Source: Ranitomeya imitator (lineage: Eukaryota). Taken from it: a stretch of 64,000 bases of DNA. Location of the stretch: NCBI RefSeq assembly GCF_032444005.1, contig NC_091287.1:16926001-16990000 (forward strand), written 5' to 3'. Under the pieces are notes generated by a model. That model was not told where the DNA came from, made no database searches, and saw nothing but the letters and a program-made list of their open reading frames with translations. Below are positions 26,382-39,879 of this stretch, piece by piece (the first letter of the stretch is position 1; every line of letters begins with the position of its first letter). The position numbers were made by a program, and so were the translations under genes.

Positions 26382-26765
26382 CAAATTGTCTCTTCAGAGA
26401 GGAAGAGGACTAGAACTCTAGCGCCACCTATTGGAAGTAGCCATCCTAACAGTCAATGTCGACCCTTTAACGAGCCTTGTCACATGACTTAGGATAAGAG
26501 CCAAACCAGAATCTCAATTTGCAGACACGATGTTTCGGGGTACTGCCCCTCGTCAGTGCAAAGTGGAGATCTGGTTTGGCTGATTGAGAGGCGTTGACTG
26601 TTAGGATTGCTACTTCCTATAGGTGGCACTAGAGTTCTAGTCCTCTTTCTCTCTGAAGAGACAATTTGCATATTTCCCAGAGGAGCATTGCGGCTTTAAG
26701 TCTCCTCACCTCGACATGCTTATCATGTCACTCTCCGCAAGGAGAAACGATACTTCTTGGATCCC
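26382..26765 (-). mobile_element. Non-coding hammerhead-bearing retro-insertion (retrozyme-like), about 384 bp
   Basis: TSD GGAACTATTTTT (26370-26381 and 26766-26777). Long inverted arms at 26382-26458 / 26592-26668 with a central hammerhead. Confidence 0.82.
26518..26562 (-). ncRNA. Type I hammerhead ribozyme with canonical core
   Basis: Minus strand reads UUUGCA-CUGACGA-GGGG cagua CCCC-GAA-ACA ucg UGU-C-UGCAAA. Predicted GUC cleavage at 26524. Confidence 0.9.
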
Positions 26766-27399
26766 GGAACTATTTTTCCTAACACTTTTTTATTTAGTTC
26801 TTTTTGCCATTTTCCTGATCATTTGTAGATGATCTGTGATGTTCCTCTCGTTTAGTTATGTGATTTTGGTGACTTTCCGCTCACAGATAAGAGACATAAT
26901 TGTACAGATAATCCGGTGCTCGGCCCGTCCCCGCTAATACCTGCCGGCCGCGAGTGCACGCAGCGTTCACAGGCGGCGTGAAAGCCGCGGCGTGCGGAGA
27001 ATAGAACATTCTGTAATAATTAATGAAAAGGCTGCAGAGCAAAAATCTGCTCATTACCACTAAAATGTAAGAGACACGACTGGTGCGGCGGCTGCTCGAA
27101 ATAAAGGGGCCGACAGAGAAACTCTGTTACCATAGCAGCAATCTGCACAGTTCAGAACCCCGTCCTCTGCCTCCTGATTGCTTCCCCGAGGAGGTAAACA
27201 AACAGCTGGTTTATTTTATTTCCTCGCAAAAGCCTCCGAAAATTCACATTCTACCTTCGGAAATACACACAGCACCCAGGAAAGGGAAAAATGACCAAAA
27301 ATATCCAAAAATTACATAAAATAATGTAATAACCAAAATAACTACACAAGTACTGTATGACGAGAATAATTACAAAACTAATAATAATAATAATAGTAA

Positions 27400-27810
27400 C
27401 AAAACATTTGGAGAACAGCAACGAAACACTGGAAGGCAGAACTGATGCTCAGAAATGAAAACTACGAACTAAAATAAAATGAATATAAATAATAATAATA
27501 ATAATAATAATAACACAAACAATTGTAATTATTATTATTATTATTATTTATAACAGCAAAACCTTTGAAGAAAAGCCAATGAAAGACTGGAAAGCAAAAC
27601 GGATGTTTAGAAATGAAAAAATATTATGGACTATAATTAAATAATTGTTATCATTTATGATTAATTATTGTATTATATTATTAGATTACTTATAATTATT
27701 TATAATTAATTATTATATTATATTACTTATTATTGTTATTTATAATTCATTATTTTATTAATGTATTAATTATTATTATTTATAATTCATTATTATATTA
27801 TTATATTACT
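27400..27810. repeat. AT-rich (AAT/ATT)n low complexity
   Basis: Visible. Confidence 0.85.
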
Positions 27811-28997
27811 TTTTACCATTTATCCTCGTTCCTAAGGAGGCACATTCCATTTTTTTTTTTATTCGTGAATGTGGTATAAAGAGCTGTAAAACATATTCTC
27901 ATTTGGATATTTAAATCATTTTTGTCTTTTTTTTCAAGATACGTGGGGCTTTATATTTCTCTTATTTTTGTATTCTCTTTTTTTTAGCCGATTCTAATTT
28001 GAAATTCAGTAAGTGGTTAACAATTATTTGTCATCATTAACTTAATTAATAATAAAAAGTCAAAGAATTTGTTTAAAGGGTCTTGTGGTCGGGCAGTAAA
28101 ATATCGTGAGAAGTATCTTCTTAATGTTGTTCATCACTGCCATGAACTCACTATCAATAATTCTGAAGAAAACAAATCTTGAGTGTTCAAATCAGCAAGA
28201 ATTCATAGAGGATTTAACATCTATTATATACGGAAGACATGAAGCTGCACGAAAAAATCTGACACTGAAATTCAAACATTGACAAAAACCGCCAGAATAT
28301 TCAGTACAGACATTTCAACGGATTTTTTTTTTGCCCCTAAAAATTAGATGTTCCTGTTCACAAAAAGAGGAAAATCCTGGACAGCGAAAGAATTGAAATA
28401 CCAAAATGATGCCAAATTATTGAGAACAATCATAAATACCCGACTACCCGTGCATTCTGCTGCTGGGTAACATTAAGCACGGACAAGTAAAACGCAAGAT
28501 CACTTTCAGAGAGAGCAAAAAGTGCAAAACTATATGGTGACAATTTTTGGAAGAAAAGTTGACCAGTAAAAAAAAATACAAAAATATGGCTACGGCTTAA
28601 AAATGCAAATTTGAAGAAATAAACTGAAGGGCCAATTCTAGCGACACAGGAATTGACCATTCAAACGATGGAAAAGCCAAGACTGAAAATTCTTCCAAGT
28701 GTAGACTGTGCTAGAAATCACACAAAACAATAAAATTATCGACAATGTGCTCAGTTCATGTAAAAAATAAATTGCGCAGACTGACTACAAACAATCACAT
28801 AATACCGCAACAACCAAAAATGTCGAAAATTACCAGTTATCCACTAAAAAGAACTGGTGGAACAGCAGAGTGGTCGGAAATTAATATGCGGAACTTTTAT
28901 GGGACTTTTGCATACAAACGAGCAAATTATTACACACCCAACCTCACACTCGTCAAGAAAAGAGGATGTGGTCATCGACAAAACAATACTTGTAGAT

Positions 28998-29929
28998 TAG
29001 GGTTGAGCGAAACGGGTCGGCCATTTTCAGAAGTCGCCGACTTTTGGCAAAGTCGGGTTTCATGAAACCCGACCCGACCCCTGTGTGGGGTCGGCCATGA
29101 GGTCGGCGATCTTCTGATCTGGAATCGGAATTCCGATACCGAGTTCCGATATGTTTAAGATATCGGGAATCGGTATTGGAATTCATATTTAAAATAAAGA
29201 ATAAAAATAAAAAAATATTGATATACTCACCCTTGGACGCGCCCTGGTTCTCACCGGCAGACTGCCTTCCTAAGAATGAGCGCCTGAAGGGCCTTCGATG
29301 ACGTCGCGGCTTGTGATTGGTCGCGTGAGCGGTCACATGGGTGGTCACGCGACCAATCACAAGCCGCGACGTCATCTAAGGTCCTTCAGGCGCTAATTCT
29401 TAGGAAGGAAGCGTCCGAGGGCGCGTCTGAGGGTGAGTATATTCCTAATAGGTATATGCTCACCCTCGGACGCGCCCTGGTTCTAACCCGCAGCCTTCCT
29501 TCCTAAGAATCAGCGCCTGAAGGACCTTAGATGACGTCGCGGCTTGTGATTGGTCGCGTGACCGCCCATGTGACCGCTCACGCGACCAATCACAAGCCGC
29601 GACGTCATCGAAGGTCCTTCAGGCGCTCATTCTTAGGAAGGAAGGCTGCCAGTGAGAACCAGGGCGCGTCCGAGGGTAAGTATATCAATATTTTTTATTT
29701 TGATTCTTTATTTTACACTTAAATATGGATCCCAGGGCCTGAAGGAGAGTTTCCTCTCCTTCAGACCCTGGGAACTATTAGAAACCCAATGCACTGTATT
29801 GGGTTTCGTGTTTCGGCTGACCCCGACTTTTCTATATGATCGGCCGATTTCACTCGACCCGACTTTTCAGAAAGTCAGGATTCGTGAAACCTGACCCGAT
29901 CCTATAAAAAGAAAAGTCGCTCAACCCTA
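28998..29929. mobile_element. hAT-type MITE, 932 bp
   Basis: TIR TAGGGTTGAGCGA / TCGCTCAACCCTA with a perfect 8-bp TSD TTGTAGAT on both sides. Confidence 0.9.
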
Positions 29930-32303
29930 TTGTAGATAGCAGAGTGGAGGAAAAAGAAATGGGAAAGGCTTGAAAATATCAAGACCTGAAAATTGAAATT
30001 CAAAGACTGTGGCACAAGGTAGCAGCCTTGATACCAGTGGTTACCAGAACAGTGGGTGTTATCCCTAAAACCCTTGGGAGGCATTTACAAGTCAATGCCG
30101 ACAAAATCACCATTGGTCAACTACTACACTTACACTGTGCAACATCTTGAATTCTGGGAAGAACGTGATGTGTATTGGAGGCCAACACCAATGTGACATC
30201 GGGCAGTTACGATTTATAAACAATATTATTGAAAAGTACTAATATTAACCCCTTCAGCACACAGGAATTGTATTAGCTATTTTGCGTCCCAGCTTTCCTA
30301 GAACCAGAATTTTTATTATTCCGTCGATGTAGTCATATGCAAGTTTATGTTTTAGTTGTTGAGACTAATTTCATTTTTTGGGGTTATATGTACTGTATTA
30401 AAAATACATCATACAGTTATTTAGGGTTGAGGGAAAAAAACAGGAATTTTGCATTTTTTTATTTTGCAGTTCAGTACAATTAAAAACACTTTTCTGGAGA
30501 AGGCAACATTAGAATTTCTGTCTCCGTTCTCATACTTTCATGTTGGCAAAATAAGGACGTAAAAGTCCAGGAAATATCTCCCACCTGAGCAGGCCACCTA
30601 CTTTTGTGTAGGGTCTAAATAAAATCCACACCTTTTACATATCCCTAAATTTGCCGGATTGTTTTGCTGCAAGTGAAAATCTCACCAAGGGCAAATTTGC
30701 AAAATCAATATCAATTTGCGCAAAACCCAAATAAGCAAAATAAGCCAGAAACCCCCCAAAACTTAGTCAAATCATGTCATAAACTGACAAATGATCATCA
30801 GACTAGTGTGCAACAGAGATTTCATGAGCGGAGTTGCTATAAAAAAAAATTCATGACATAGGCCAGTAATATTCTGAACTCTAAACCCGATCCTAAATTG
30901 TATGCTGACCCTCAATCAGACCCCAAAATTAATTCAAAACCCAATACCTGACCCCAAAATCAATTCAGATCCCAAATTAATTCCCATTCCAAAACTCTGT
31001 AATAAAACTAATGTAGACTCTAAATCAGACCTACCATATTAAGTACAGACGAGGACCAGAGACCCCAAAACTCAATCACTACCTCAAACCCGAGACAAAA
31101 ATGAATGCAGTCCAAGACAAGACCCCAAGATTAATCCAGTCATAAAGTCAGACCCTAAATCAAATTAGACCTCAGGCCGAGCCCCAACAAAATTCAGTTT
31201 AGATTCCAAACCAGCCCCTTCCAGTTATTAGCCACTAGAGCTTAGTGAATCCCCTGAAATTACATTTCGGCAGATTTTCTCAATTCCGGGAGTGTGGTTG
31301 CAGATTATTCTTCTAAGCGGAGGATGAAAATTTTTTTGGGCCCTTTCCCTACCAATCATTGTATCACTGGTCCCGCCTGGCCTTCTGATCGAACTCTCGT
31401 TAGTCTTCTTCTTGGGTTTTCTGTTGGCCAAGCATGCCGCCAATAAAGTGCAGCTTGCCCCCTTTGTGATCGCGTAGACATAGTTAGCCACGGCACAATC
31501 CAGAAGACCCAGAGGAAGGATAAGAGCTTAGAAAACGCCTGGGGAGCGGCAATGGTGGGACAGTAACGGGAGGGTCAAGGAGAGGCGAGAATGATTTCAA
31601 TGCTTTTTCCAACCCCTTCCCGATATTCAGAATCCAGCAAAATTCACGCTATTCAAATTCCAAAAATTCAGTTTAGTTCCAATCAGAATTATTGGAGAAA
31701 TTTGTAGCAAATACGATTTGCTCGTCTCTATTGGCCACTCCTCACTCTTGGGACCTCGTCACCTCCCGGCAGGTCAGAAGGTTAATTATCAAGATGGTTT
31801 TAACTCCATATTGTTCCCCTATTATGATATTTGCTCTGTACCGGAAACAAACATCTGTGTGTCTGATACCCGCCCTCCGTATGTATTCACGCCTTCACTG
31901 AGTGATTGATATTAACACTGAATATGCTCGCCTAATGAATGCCGTCGCGGTTTTAATCACCGATGTGTTGAGTGAGTGCTGGGAAATATATGAAAACGGC
32001 TGAGAGGAATGCTAATACTCTATTAATTAGAACACTCTGCCCTCCTGGGGTTCATAACATAAGACGAGAAAGGATTACAAAAGCAAATGAATAAAATTAC
32101 CGCTCAGAGAAGGACACTAGATAAATTAATGATAGACTTCAAGAGGACAGAAGAACCCGAGCTCCTCCAGCAGCGCTCCACGGCTAAGAAGCAAAACAAA
32201 TGTAACCTCTTCCCAGGTCCAAGCAATCAACAAAGAGCGGTCTATTATTCAGAGAAAATATGAGACATCCAAGGATTAAAGAGTTACACAGAAGAATCAT
32301 CAA

Positions 32304-33470
32304 TATAGGGGCAGTATTATAGTAGTTACATTCTTGTATATAGGGGCAGTATTATAGTAGTTATATTCTTGTACATAGGAGCAGTATTATAGTAGTTATA
32401 TTCTTGTACATAGGGGCAGTATTATAGTAGTTATATTCTTGTACATAGGAGCAGTATTATAGTAGTTATATTCTTGTACATAGGGGCAGTATTATAGTAG
32501 TTATATTCTTGTACATAGGAGCAGTATTATAGTAGTTATATTCTTGTACATAGGAGCAGTATTATAGTAGTTATATTCTTGTACATAGGAGCAGTATTAT
32601 AGTAGTTATATTCTTGTACATAGGAGCAGTATTATAGTAGTTATATTCTTGTACATGGGGGCAGTATTATAGTAGTTATATTCTTGTACATAGGAGCAGT
32701 ATTATAGTAGTTATATTCTTGTACATAGGGGCAGTATTATAGTAGTTATATTCTTGTATATAGGGGCAGTATTATAGTAGTTATATTCTTGTACATAGGA
32801 GCAGTATTATAGTAGTTATATTCTTGTAAATAGGGACAGTATTATAGTAGTTATATTCTTGTACATAGGAGCAGAATTATAGTAGTTATATTGTTGTATA
32901 TAGGGGGCAGTATTATAGTAGTTATATTGTTGTAAATAGGGGGCAGTATTATAGTACTTATATTCTGGTACATAGGGGCAGTATTATAGTAGTTATATTC
33001 TTGTACATAGGAGCAGTATTATAGTAGTTATATTCTTGTAAATAGGGACAGTATTATAGTAGTTATATTCTTGTATATAGGTGCAGTATTATAGTAGTTA
33101 TATTCTTGTACATAGGAGCAGAATTATAGTAGTTATATTCTTGTACATAGGAGCAGTATTATAGTAGTTATATTCTTGTGCATAGGGGCAGTATTATAGT
33201 AGTTATATTTTTGTACATAGGAGCAGAATTATAGAAGTTATATTCTTGTACATAGGGGCAGTATTATAGTAGTTATATTCTTGTACATAGGAGCAGAATT
33301 ATAGAAGTTATATTCTTGTACATAGGGGCAGTATTATAGTAGTTATATTCTTGTGCATAGGGGCAGTATTATAGTAGTTATATTTTTGTACATAGAGACA
33401 GTATTATAGTAGTTATATCCTTGTGTATAGGGGCAGTATTATAGTAGTTAAATTCTTGTATATAAGGGGC
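32304..33470 (+). repeat. 35-bp minisatellite, about 33 copies
   Basis: Unit GGGGCAGTATTATAGTAGTTATATTCTTGTACATA. Confidence 0.97.
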
Positions 33471-34216
33471 ATAAATCCAATATTTTTTTGTATAATTGAG
33501 TTTACGATTTGGAGTGTTAGCCCCGGCTTTATTCATAATTTTTACACAGTTTTCATGTTTGTTTGTTTTTACATAACATTTAAATTTACTTATTTCTTTA
33601 AACCATACTCACTGCCATTTACTTTGCAGTATGAGCACTTGCACTTCTGATGTTTCCATGGTAACATCATTCTTTCGGTGTGCGGTGTCCAGGGTGCTGA
33701 GATTTGCACTGTACAATCCTGAACTAGAGATAGACTTCTTAATTCCCAAGTAGCACTTATTACAGAAGAGACTTTTCTGAAAACAGTCTTTTGAAAATCA
33801 AGTGCGACTAGATGAGACTGCAGAGTCCTGTTTCTGTGAGAGATAATCTGGCCTTAAAATGAAATTCCAGTGGGACCAATGCTCATTATGTTCAGTGTCA
33901 CTTGCAAGGAAAAGCCAGAGTGTGGGACAAGGAGTGAGCCTAGTTAAAGGTAACAAAGGCGGTGTGCATTTTCTCATTTTTGCTTCAGAGGATCATTGGC
34001 TGCAACTTTCTGCAAATCCTAAAACTTTTTTTTTCAATAATATATAAAAAAGATTCATAAAGCCACCACTAGGGAGTCCTCACTATACACAGATTTATAC
34101 CGCCACCACTAGGGGGAGCTCACTACATACAGATTTATACAGTCACCACTAGAGGGAGCTCACTACATACAGATTTATACAGTTACCACTAGAGGGAGCT
34201 CACTACATACAGATTT

Positions 34217-35262
34217 AGGCCATGTTCACACAGTGCGTTTTTTACTGCGGAACCGCAGCGGTATTGCCGCTGCGGTTCCGCAGCAGTTTTCCATGCAGGG
34301 TACATAACAATGTAACCCTATGGAAAACAGTCACTGCTGTGCACATGGTCCGTAATTTCGTTTAAAAAGCCGCGCAGAATAGCTGCGGCAAAAAAGAAGG
34401 AGCATGTCACTTCTTTTTCCTGAACCGCAGCGGTTCTGCACCCATAGACCTCCATTGTGAGGTCAAAATCGCAGTAAAACCCGCAGATCAAAAATATATC
34501 TGCGGGTTTTACTGCGATTTGATGTGCAGAACCGCTGCAGCAGGAAGTGCGGGGAAGCGGGCGGAAGTGCGTGAGCGGAGTGTGGCTGCCCCGATCCCAC
34601 CCCCCCATGCTCCGATGCCCCCCCCCAGTGCTCCGATGCCCCCCCCGTGCCCTAATCTCCCCCCCTTATACTTACCCGGCGTCCCGGTGTCCGTCCGGCC
34701 GTCTTCTCCCTGGGCGCCGCCATCTTGCAAAATGGCAGGCGCATGTGCGCAGTGCGCCCGCCGAATCTGCCGGCCGGCAGATTCGCTCCAAAGTGCATTT
34801 TGATCACTGAGATATAACCTATCTCAGTGATCAAAATAAAAAAATAGTAAATGACACCCCCCCCCCACTTTGTCACCCCCATTGNNNNNNNNNNNNNNNN
34901 NNNNNNNNNNNNNNNNNNNNNNNNNNNNNNNNNNNNNNNNNNNNNNNNNNNNNNNNNNNNNNNNNNNNNNNNNNNNNNNNNNNNNNNNNNNNNNNNNNNN
35001 NNNNNNNNNNNNNNNNNNNNNNNNNNNNNNNNNNNNNNTTTAGCCCTAAAAAGCTTCCTAGGAAACACACAGTCTCTGCATAGAAAACTGCATAAAAAAA
35101 GGATAAAAAAACGCATCAAAAAACGCATCAAAAAACGCATCAAAAAAGGACGAAAAAAGGACCAAAAAAAGGACCTGCGTTTTCTGCCAAGAGCTGCAGT
35201 TTTTTTAAAAAAACTGTCCTGAAAAAAAAAGGATGGAAATCCTGAACGTGTGAACATACCCT
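34217..35262. mobile_element. T2/Kolobok-type MITE spanning an assembly gap
   Basis: Ends aggccatgttcacac / gtgtgaacataccct, inserted at the TTTA of a satellite unit. The two halves may belong to different copies. Confidence 0.65.
34885..35038. other. Assembly gap (N run)
   Basis: 154 N. Confidence 1.
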
Positions 35263-36884
35263 TATACAGTCACCACTAGAGGGAGCTCACTACATACAGA
35301 TTTATACAGTCACCACTAGGAGGAGCTCACTACATACAGATTTATACAGCCACCACTGGGGAAGGTCACTAAATACAGATTTATACAGCCACCACTAGAG
35401 GGAGCTCACTACATACAGATTTATACAGTCACCACTATGGGGAGCTCACTACATACAGATTTATACAGTCACCACTAGAGGGAGCTCACTACATACAGAT
35501 TTATACAGTCACCACTAGAGGGAGCTCACTACATACAGATTTATACAGTCACCACTAGAGGGAGCTCACTACATACAGATTTATACAGTCACAACTAGAG
35601 GGAGCTCACTACATACAGATTTATACAGTCACCACTAGGAGGAGCTCACTACATACAGATTTATACAGCCACCACTGGGGAAGGTCACTAAATACAGATT
35701 TATACAGCCACCACTAGAGGGAGCTCACTACATACAGATTTATACAGTCACCACTATGGGGAGCTCACTACATACAGATTTATACAGCCACCACCAGAGG
35801 GAGCTCACTACATACAGATTTATACAGTCACCACAAGGGGGAGATCACTACATACAGATTTATACAGCCACCACTAGAGGGAGCTCACTACATACAGATT
35901 TATACAGCCACCACTGGGGGAGGTCACTAAATACAGATTTATACAGCCACCACTAGGAGGAGCTCACTACATACAGATTTATACAGCCACCACTAGAGGG
36001 ACCTCACTACATACAGATTTATACAGCCACCACTAGGAGGAGCTCACTACATACAGATTTATACAGCCACCACTAGAGGGAGCTCATTACATATAGATTT
36101 ATACAACAACCACTAGGGGGAGCTCACTACATACAGATTTATACAGCCACCACTAGAGGGAGCTCATTACATATAGATTTATACAACAACCACTAGGGGG
36201 AGCTCACTACATATAGATTTATACAACAACCACTAGGAGGAGCTCATTACATATAGATTTATACAGCCACCACTAGAGGGAGCAAACTACATACAGATTT
36301 ATACAGCCACCACTAAGAGGAGCTCATTGTATACAGATTTATGCAGTCACTACTAGAAGGAGATCATTTTATACAGATTTATACAGCCACCACTAGGGGA
36401 GCTCACTATATACAGATTTATACATTCACCACTAGATGGAGCTCACTACATACAGATTTATACAGCCACCACTAGAGGGAGCTCACTACATACAGATTTA
36501 TACAGCCACCACCAGAGGGAGCTCTCTACATACAGATTTATACAGCCACCACTAAAGGGAGCTCACTACATACAGATTTATACAGCCACCACTAGGGAGA
36601 GCTCACTACATACAGATTTATACAGTCACCACTAGGAGGAGCTCTGTACATACAGATTTATACAGCCACCACTAGGGGGAGCTCACTACATACAGATTTA
36701 TACAGCCACCACCAGAGGGAGCTCTCTACATACAGATTTATACAGCCACCACTAAAGGGAGCTCACTACATACAGATTTATACCGTCACCACTAGGGAGA
36801 GCTCACTACATACAGATTTATACAGCCACCACTAAAGGGAGCTCACTACATACAGATTTATACATTCACCACTAGAGGGAGCTC

Positions 36885-37656
36885 TGTTATGATCTGGTGG
36901 CCTTGGAGCCGCATGGAACTTCCTCTGGAGCTGGTGGAAACTATACTGACCGCAAATCCTGAACTTAACATCGCAACTAGAAGTAGCCGTGGGGTGTGCC
37001 TAACAAATCCTAGACACCTCGACACAGCCGAAGGACTAAATACCCCTATAGATGGAAGTAGGAATTCTACCTTGCCTCAGAGCAGAACCCCAAAGGATAG
37101 GCAGCCCCCCACAAATATTGACTGTGAGAAGTAGAGGAAAGACACACGCAGGCAGGAAACAGGATTTAGCAAAAGAGGCCACTTCTAGCTAAATAGGAAA
37201 GGATAGGACAGAATACTAAGCGGTCAGTATGAAAACCCTTCCAAAAAATATCCACAGCAGATGATACAAAAAACTCCACCATCTAACTAAAGATGTGGAG
37301 TGTATATCTGCAACTCCTGAGAATCCAACTAGACTGAGAAAAACACTGACACAATCTAAGCTGGACAAGAGAAAACAATGAATAGCACAAAATTATTAGC
37401 ACACAGCAAGTGTGCCACAGAAAAAGAAACCAAACAATTATCTTTGCAGATTTAGCAGCAAGGCAGGAGGAACCAGACAGAGAACCTACTCCTCCCAGAA
37501 CCATGGACAACTGTCAAGGACTAATGAATCCTGCACACCTAAATACCCCAGTCAGAACTGCAATCAGCAGAAACACCTGACCAAGACTGCCCTTCAGGGA
37601 CAACTGCATTACCACCTACAACCCCCGGAGGGAGCCCAAAAGCAAAATTCACAACA
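36885..37656. mobile_element. Solo LTR, 772 bp
   Basis: TGTT...AACA termini; GAGCTC of the satellite unit is duplicated on both sides. Confidence 0.85.
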
Positions 37657-39879
37657 GAGCTCACTACATACAGATTTATACAGACACCACTAAGGGGAGC
37701 TCATTACATACAGATTTATACAGCCACCACTAGGGGGAGTTCACTACATAGATTTATACAGCCACCACTAGGGGGAGATCACTGCATACAGATTTATACA
37801 GCCACCACTAGGAGGAGCTCACTACATACAGAGTTATACAGTCACCACTAGGGGGAGATCACTACATACAGATTTATACAGCCACCACTAGAGGGAGCTC
37901 ACTACATACAGATTTATACAGCCACATCTAGGGGAGCTCACTACATACAGAGTTATACAGTCACCACTAGGGGGAGCTCACTACATACAGATTTATACAG
38001 CCACCACTAGGGGGAGCTCACTACATACAGAGTTATACAGTCACCACTAGGGGGAGATCACTACATACAGATTTATACAGCCACCACTAGAGGGAGCTCA
38101 CTACATACAGATTTATACAGCCACATCTAGGGGAGCTCACTACATACAGAATTATACAACCACGTCTAGGGGGAGCTCACTGCATACAGATTTATACAGA
38201 CACCACTAGGGGGAGCTCACTACATACAGATTTATACAGCCACGTCTAGGGGGAGCTCACTGCATACAGAGTTATACAGTCACCACTAGGGGGAGATCAC
38301 TACATACAGATTTATACAGCCATCACTAGGGGGAGCTCACTACATACAGATTTATACAGTCACCACTAGGAGGAACTCACTACATATAGATTTATACAGT
38401 CACCACTAGGAGGAGCTCACTACATACAGAATTATGCAACCACATCTAGGGGAGCTCACTATATACAGATTTATACAGCCATCACTAGGGGGAGCTCACT
38501 ACATATAGATTTATACAGCCACCACTAGGGGAGCTCACTACATACAGAATTATGCAACCACATCTAGGGGAGCTCACTACATACAGAATTATGCAACCAC
38601 GTCTAGGGGGAGCTCACTGCATACAGATTTATACAGTCACCACTAGGGGGAGCTCACTGCATACAGATTTATACAGTCACCACTAGGGGGAGCTCACTAC
38701 ATACAGATTTATACAGTCACCACTAGGGGGAGCTCACTACATATAGATTTATACAGCCACGTCTAGGGGGAGCTCACTACATACAGATTTATACAGCCAC
38801 GTCTAGAGGGAGCTCACTGCATACAGAGTTATACAGTCACCACTAGGGGGGGCTCACTGCATACAGAGTTATACAGCCACCACTAGTGGGAAATAATTTA
38901 AGGAATAATAAATTATTCTTGTCATAGAGGACAGTTAACATTTGAAGCAGAAACCTCCTGCTGTTGACAGGTGATTATCTGCTGAGGAAAAGATAGCAAC
39001 CTGTGAGATCTGTTTACACAGGGGAGGAGAAATAGAGAGAATGGCTTTTGTTCCAAGTAAGAAGCTTTCTGGGTTCATAGGAGTTTTCTGAGGGTGGTCC
39101 AGACTTTGTGTCTCCTTTGTCCATATATGAATATTGTTGTTTTGTATTGATCCAATATTTATGGGATATAGATTTTCGGCGTAGTAGTGAAGGGACAAAC
39201 TAAATGCATTCACTCATATTACCGTGGGGCCACTAGAAGCCCTCCACCTTAATAACGGTCTGATAGATGATGCGAGCCAGGCCATGTTTGATCTTTATGT
39301 AATGGTAAAATCATGATAAGAAATATGACGTCAATATCTAATACCTGGAACCTTCAGGTGCGAACATATCCTGTAAGCTGGGGATCTCATAACACTCCAA
39401 TAGACCTAGCACATCCACAATCCGCACCCACATGAGCTATGGTCGATACGTGGTGGTAACTCTGAGATAATAAAAAGCAGTCTTTGGATCTGGGCCATTT
39501 GTCCGCTTTGGAAGGTGCAGCTTGCCGTAGGTTCTGTCTGTTTTCTTGAAGTATCTCCCTCCGCTAATCTCTGAGCAGTTTCCATGACATCAGGTTTATT
39601 TATTTTCTTTCGCTATTCCTTTTTATTTCATGTACTGTAATGTTATATATCATATTGTTTATTACCATTTTGTATCATCTTGCATATTTTTTATAAACAC
39701 TGCCTATCTTTCTAGATTAAATACATAAAGTTGAATAGCTCTATTCCTCTTGCTCTGTAAACCGCCCCCTGAAGTCATACACTACCTGTAATGGGCCTGT
39801 ATAAGCAATTGGTGGCAGCTAGTAGCTCTTTTGTCATAATGGAGAATAATGGAGATGGCAGTGATCATTCTGGGGTATG

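Larger units (their letters stand above)
34051..38890 (+). repeat. 40-bp minisatellite, about 75 copies, interrupted by a MITE/gap and a solo LTR
   Basis: Unit CACCACTAG(A/G)GGGAGCTCACTACATACAGATTTATACAG(C/T). Confidence 0.96.

Noticed and set aside
31228-31491. rRNA-like or coding interpretation of this segment
   Set aside because: Only a vague resemblance; no continuous match to rRNA I could verify and no recognisable domain.
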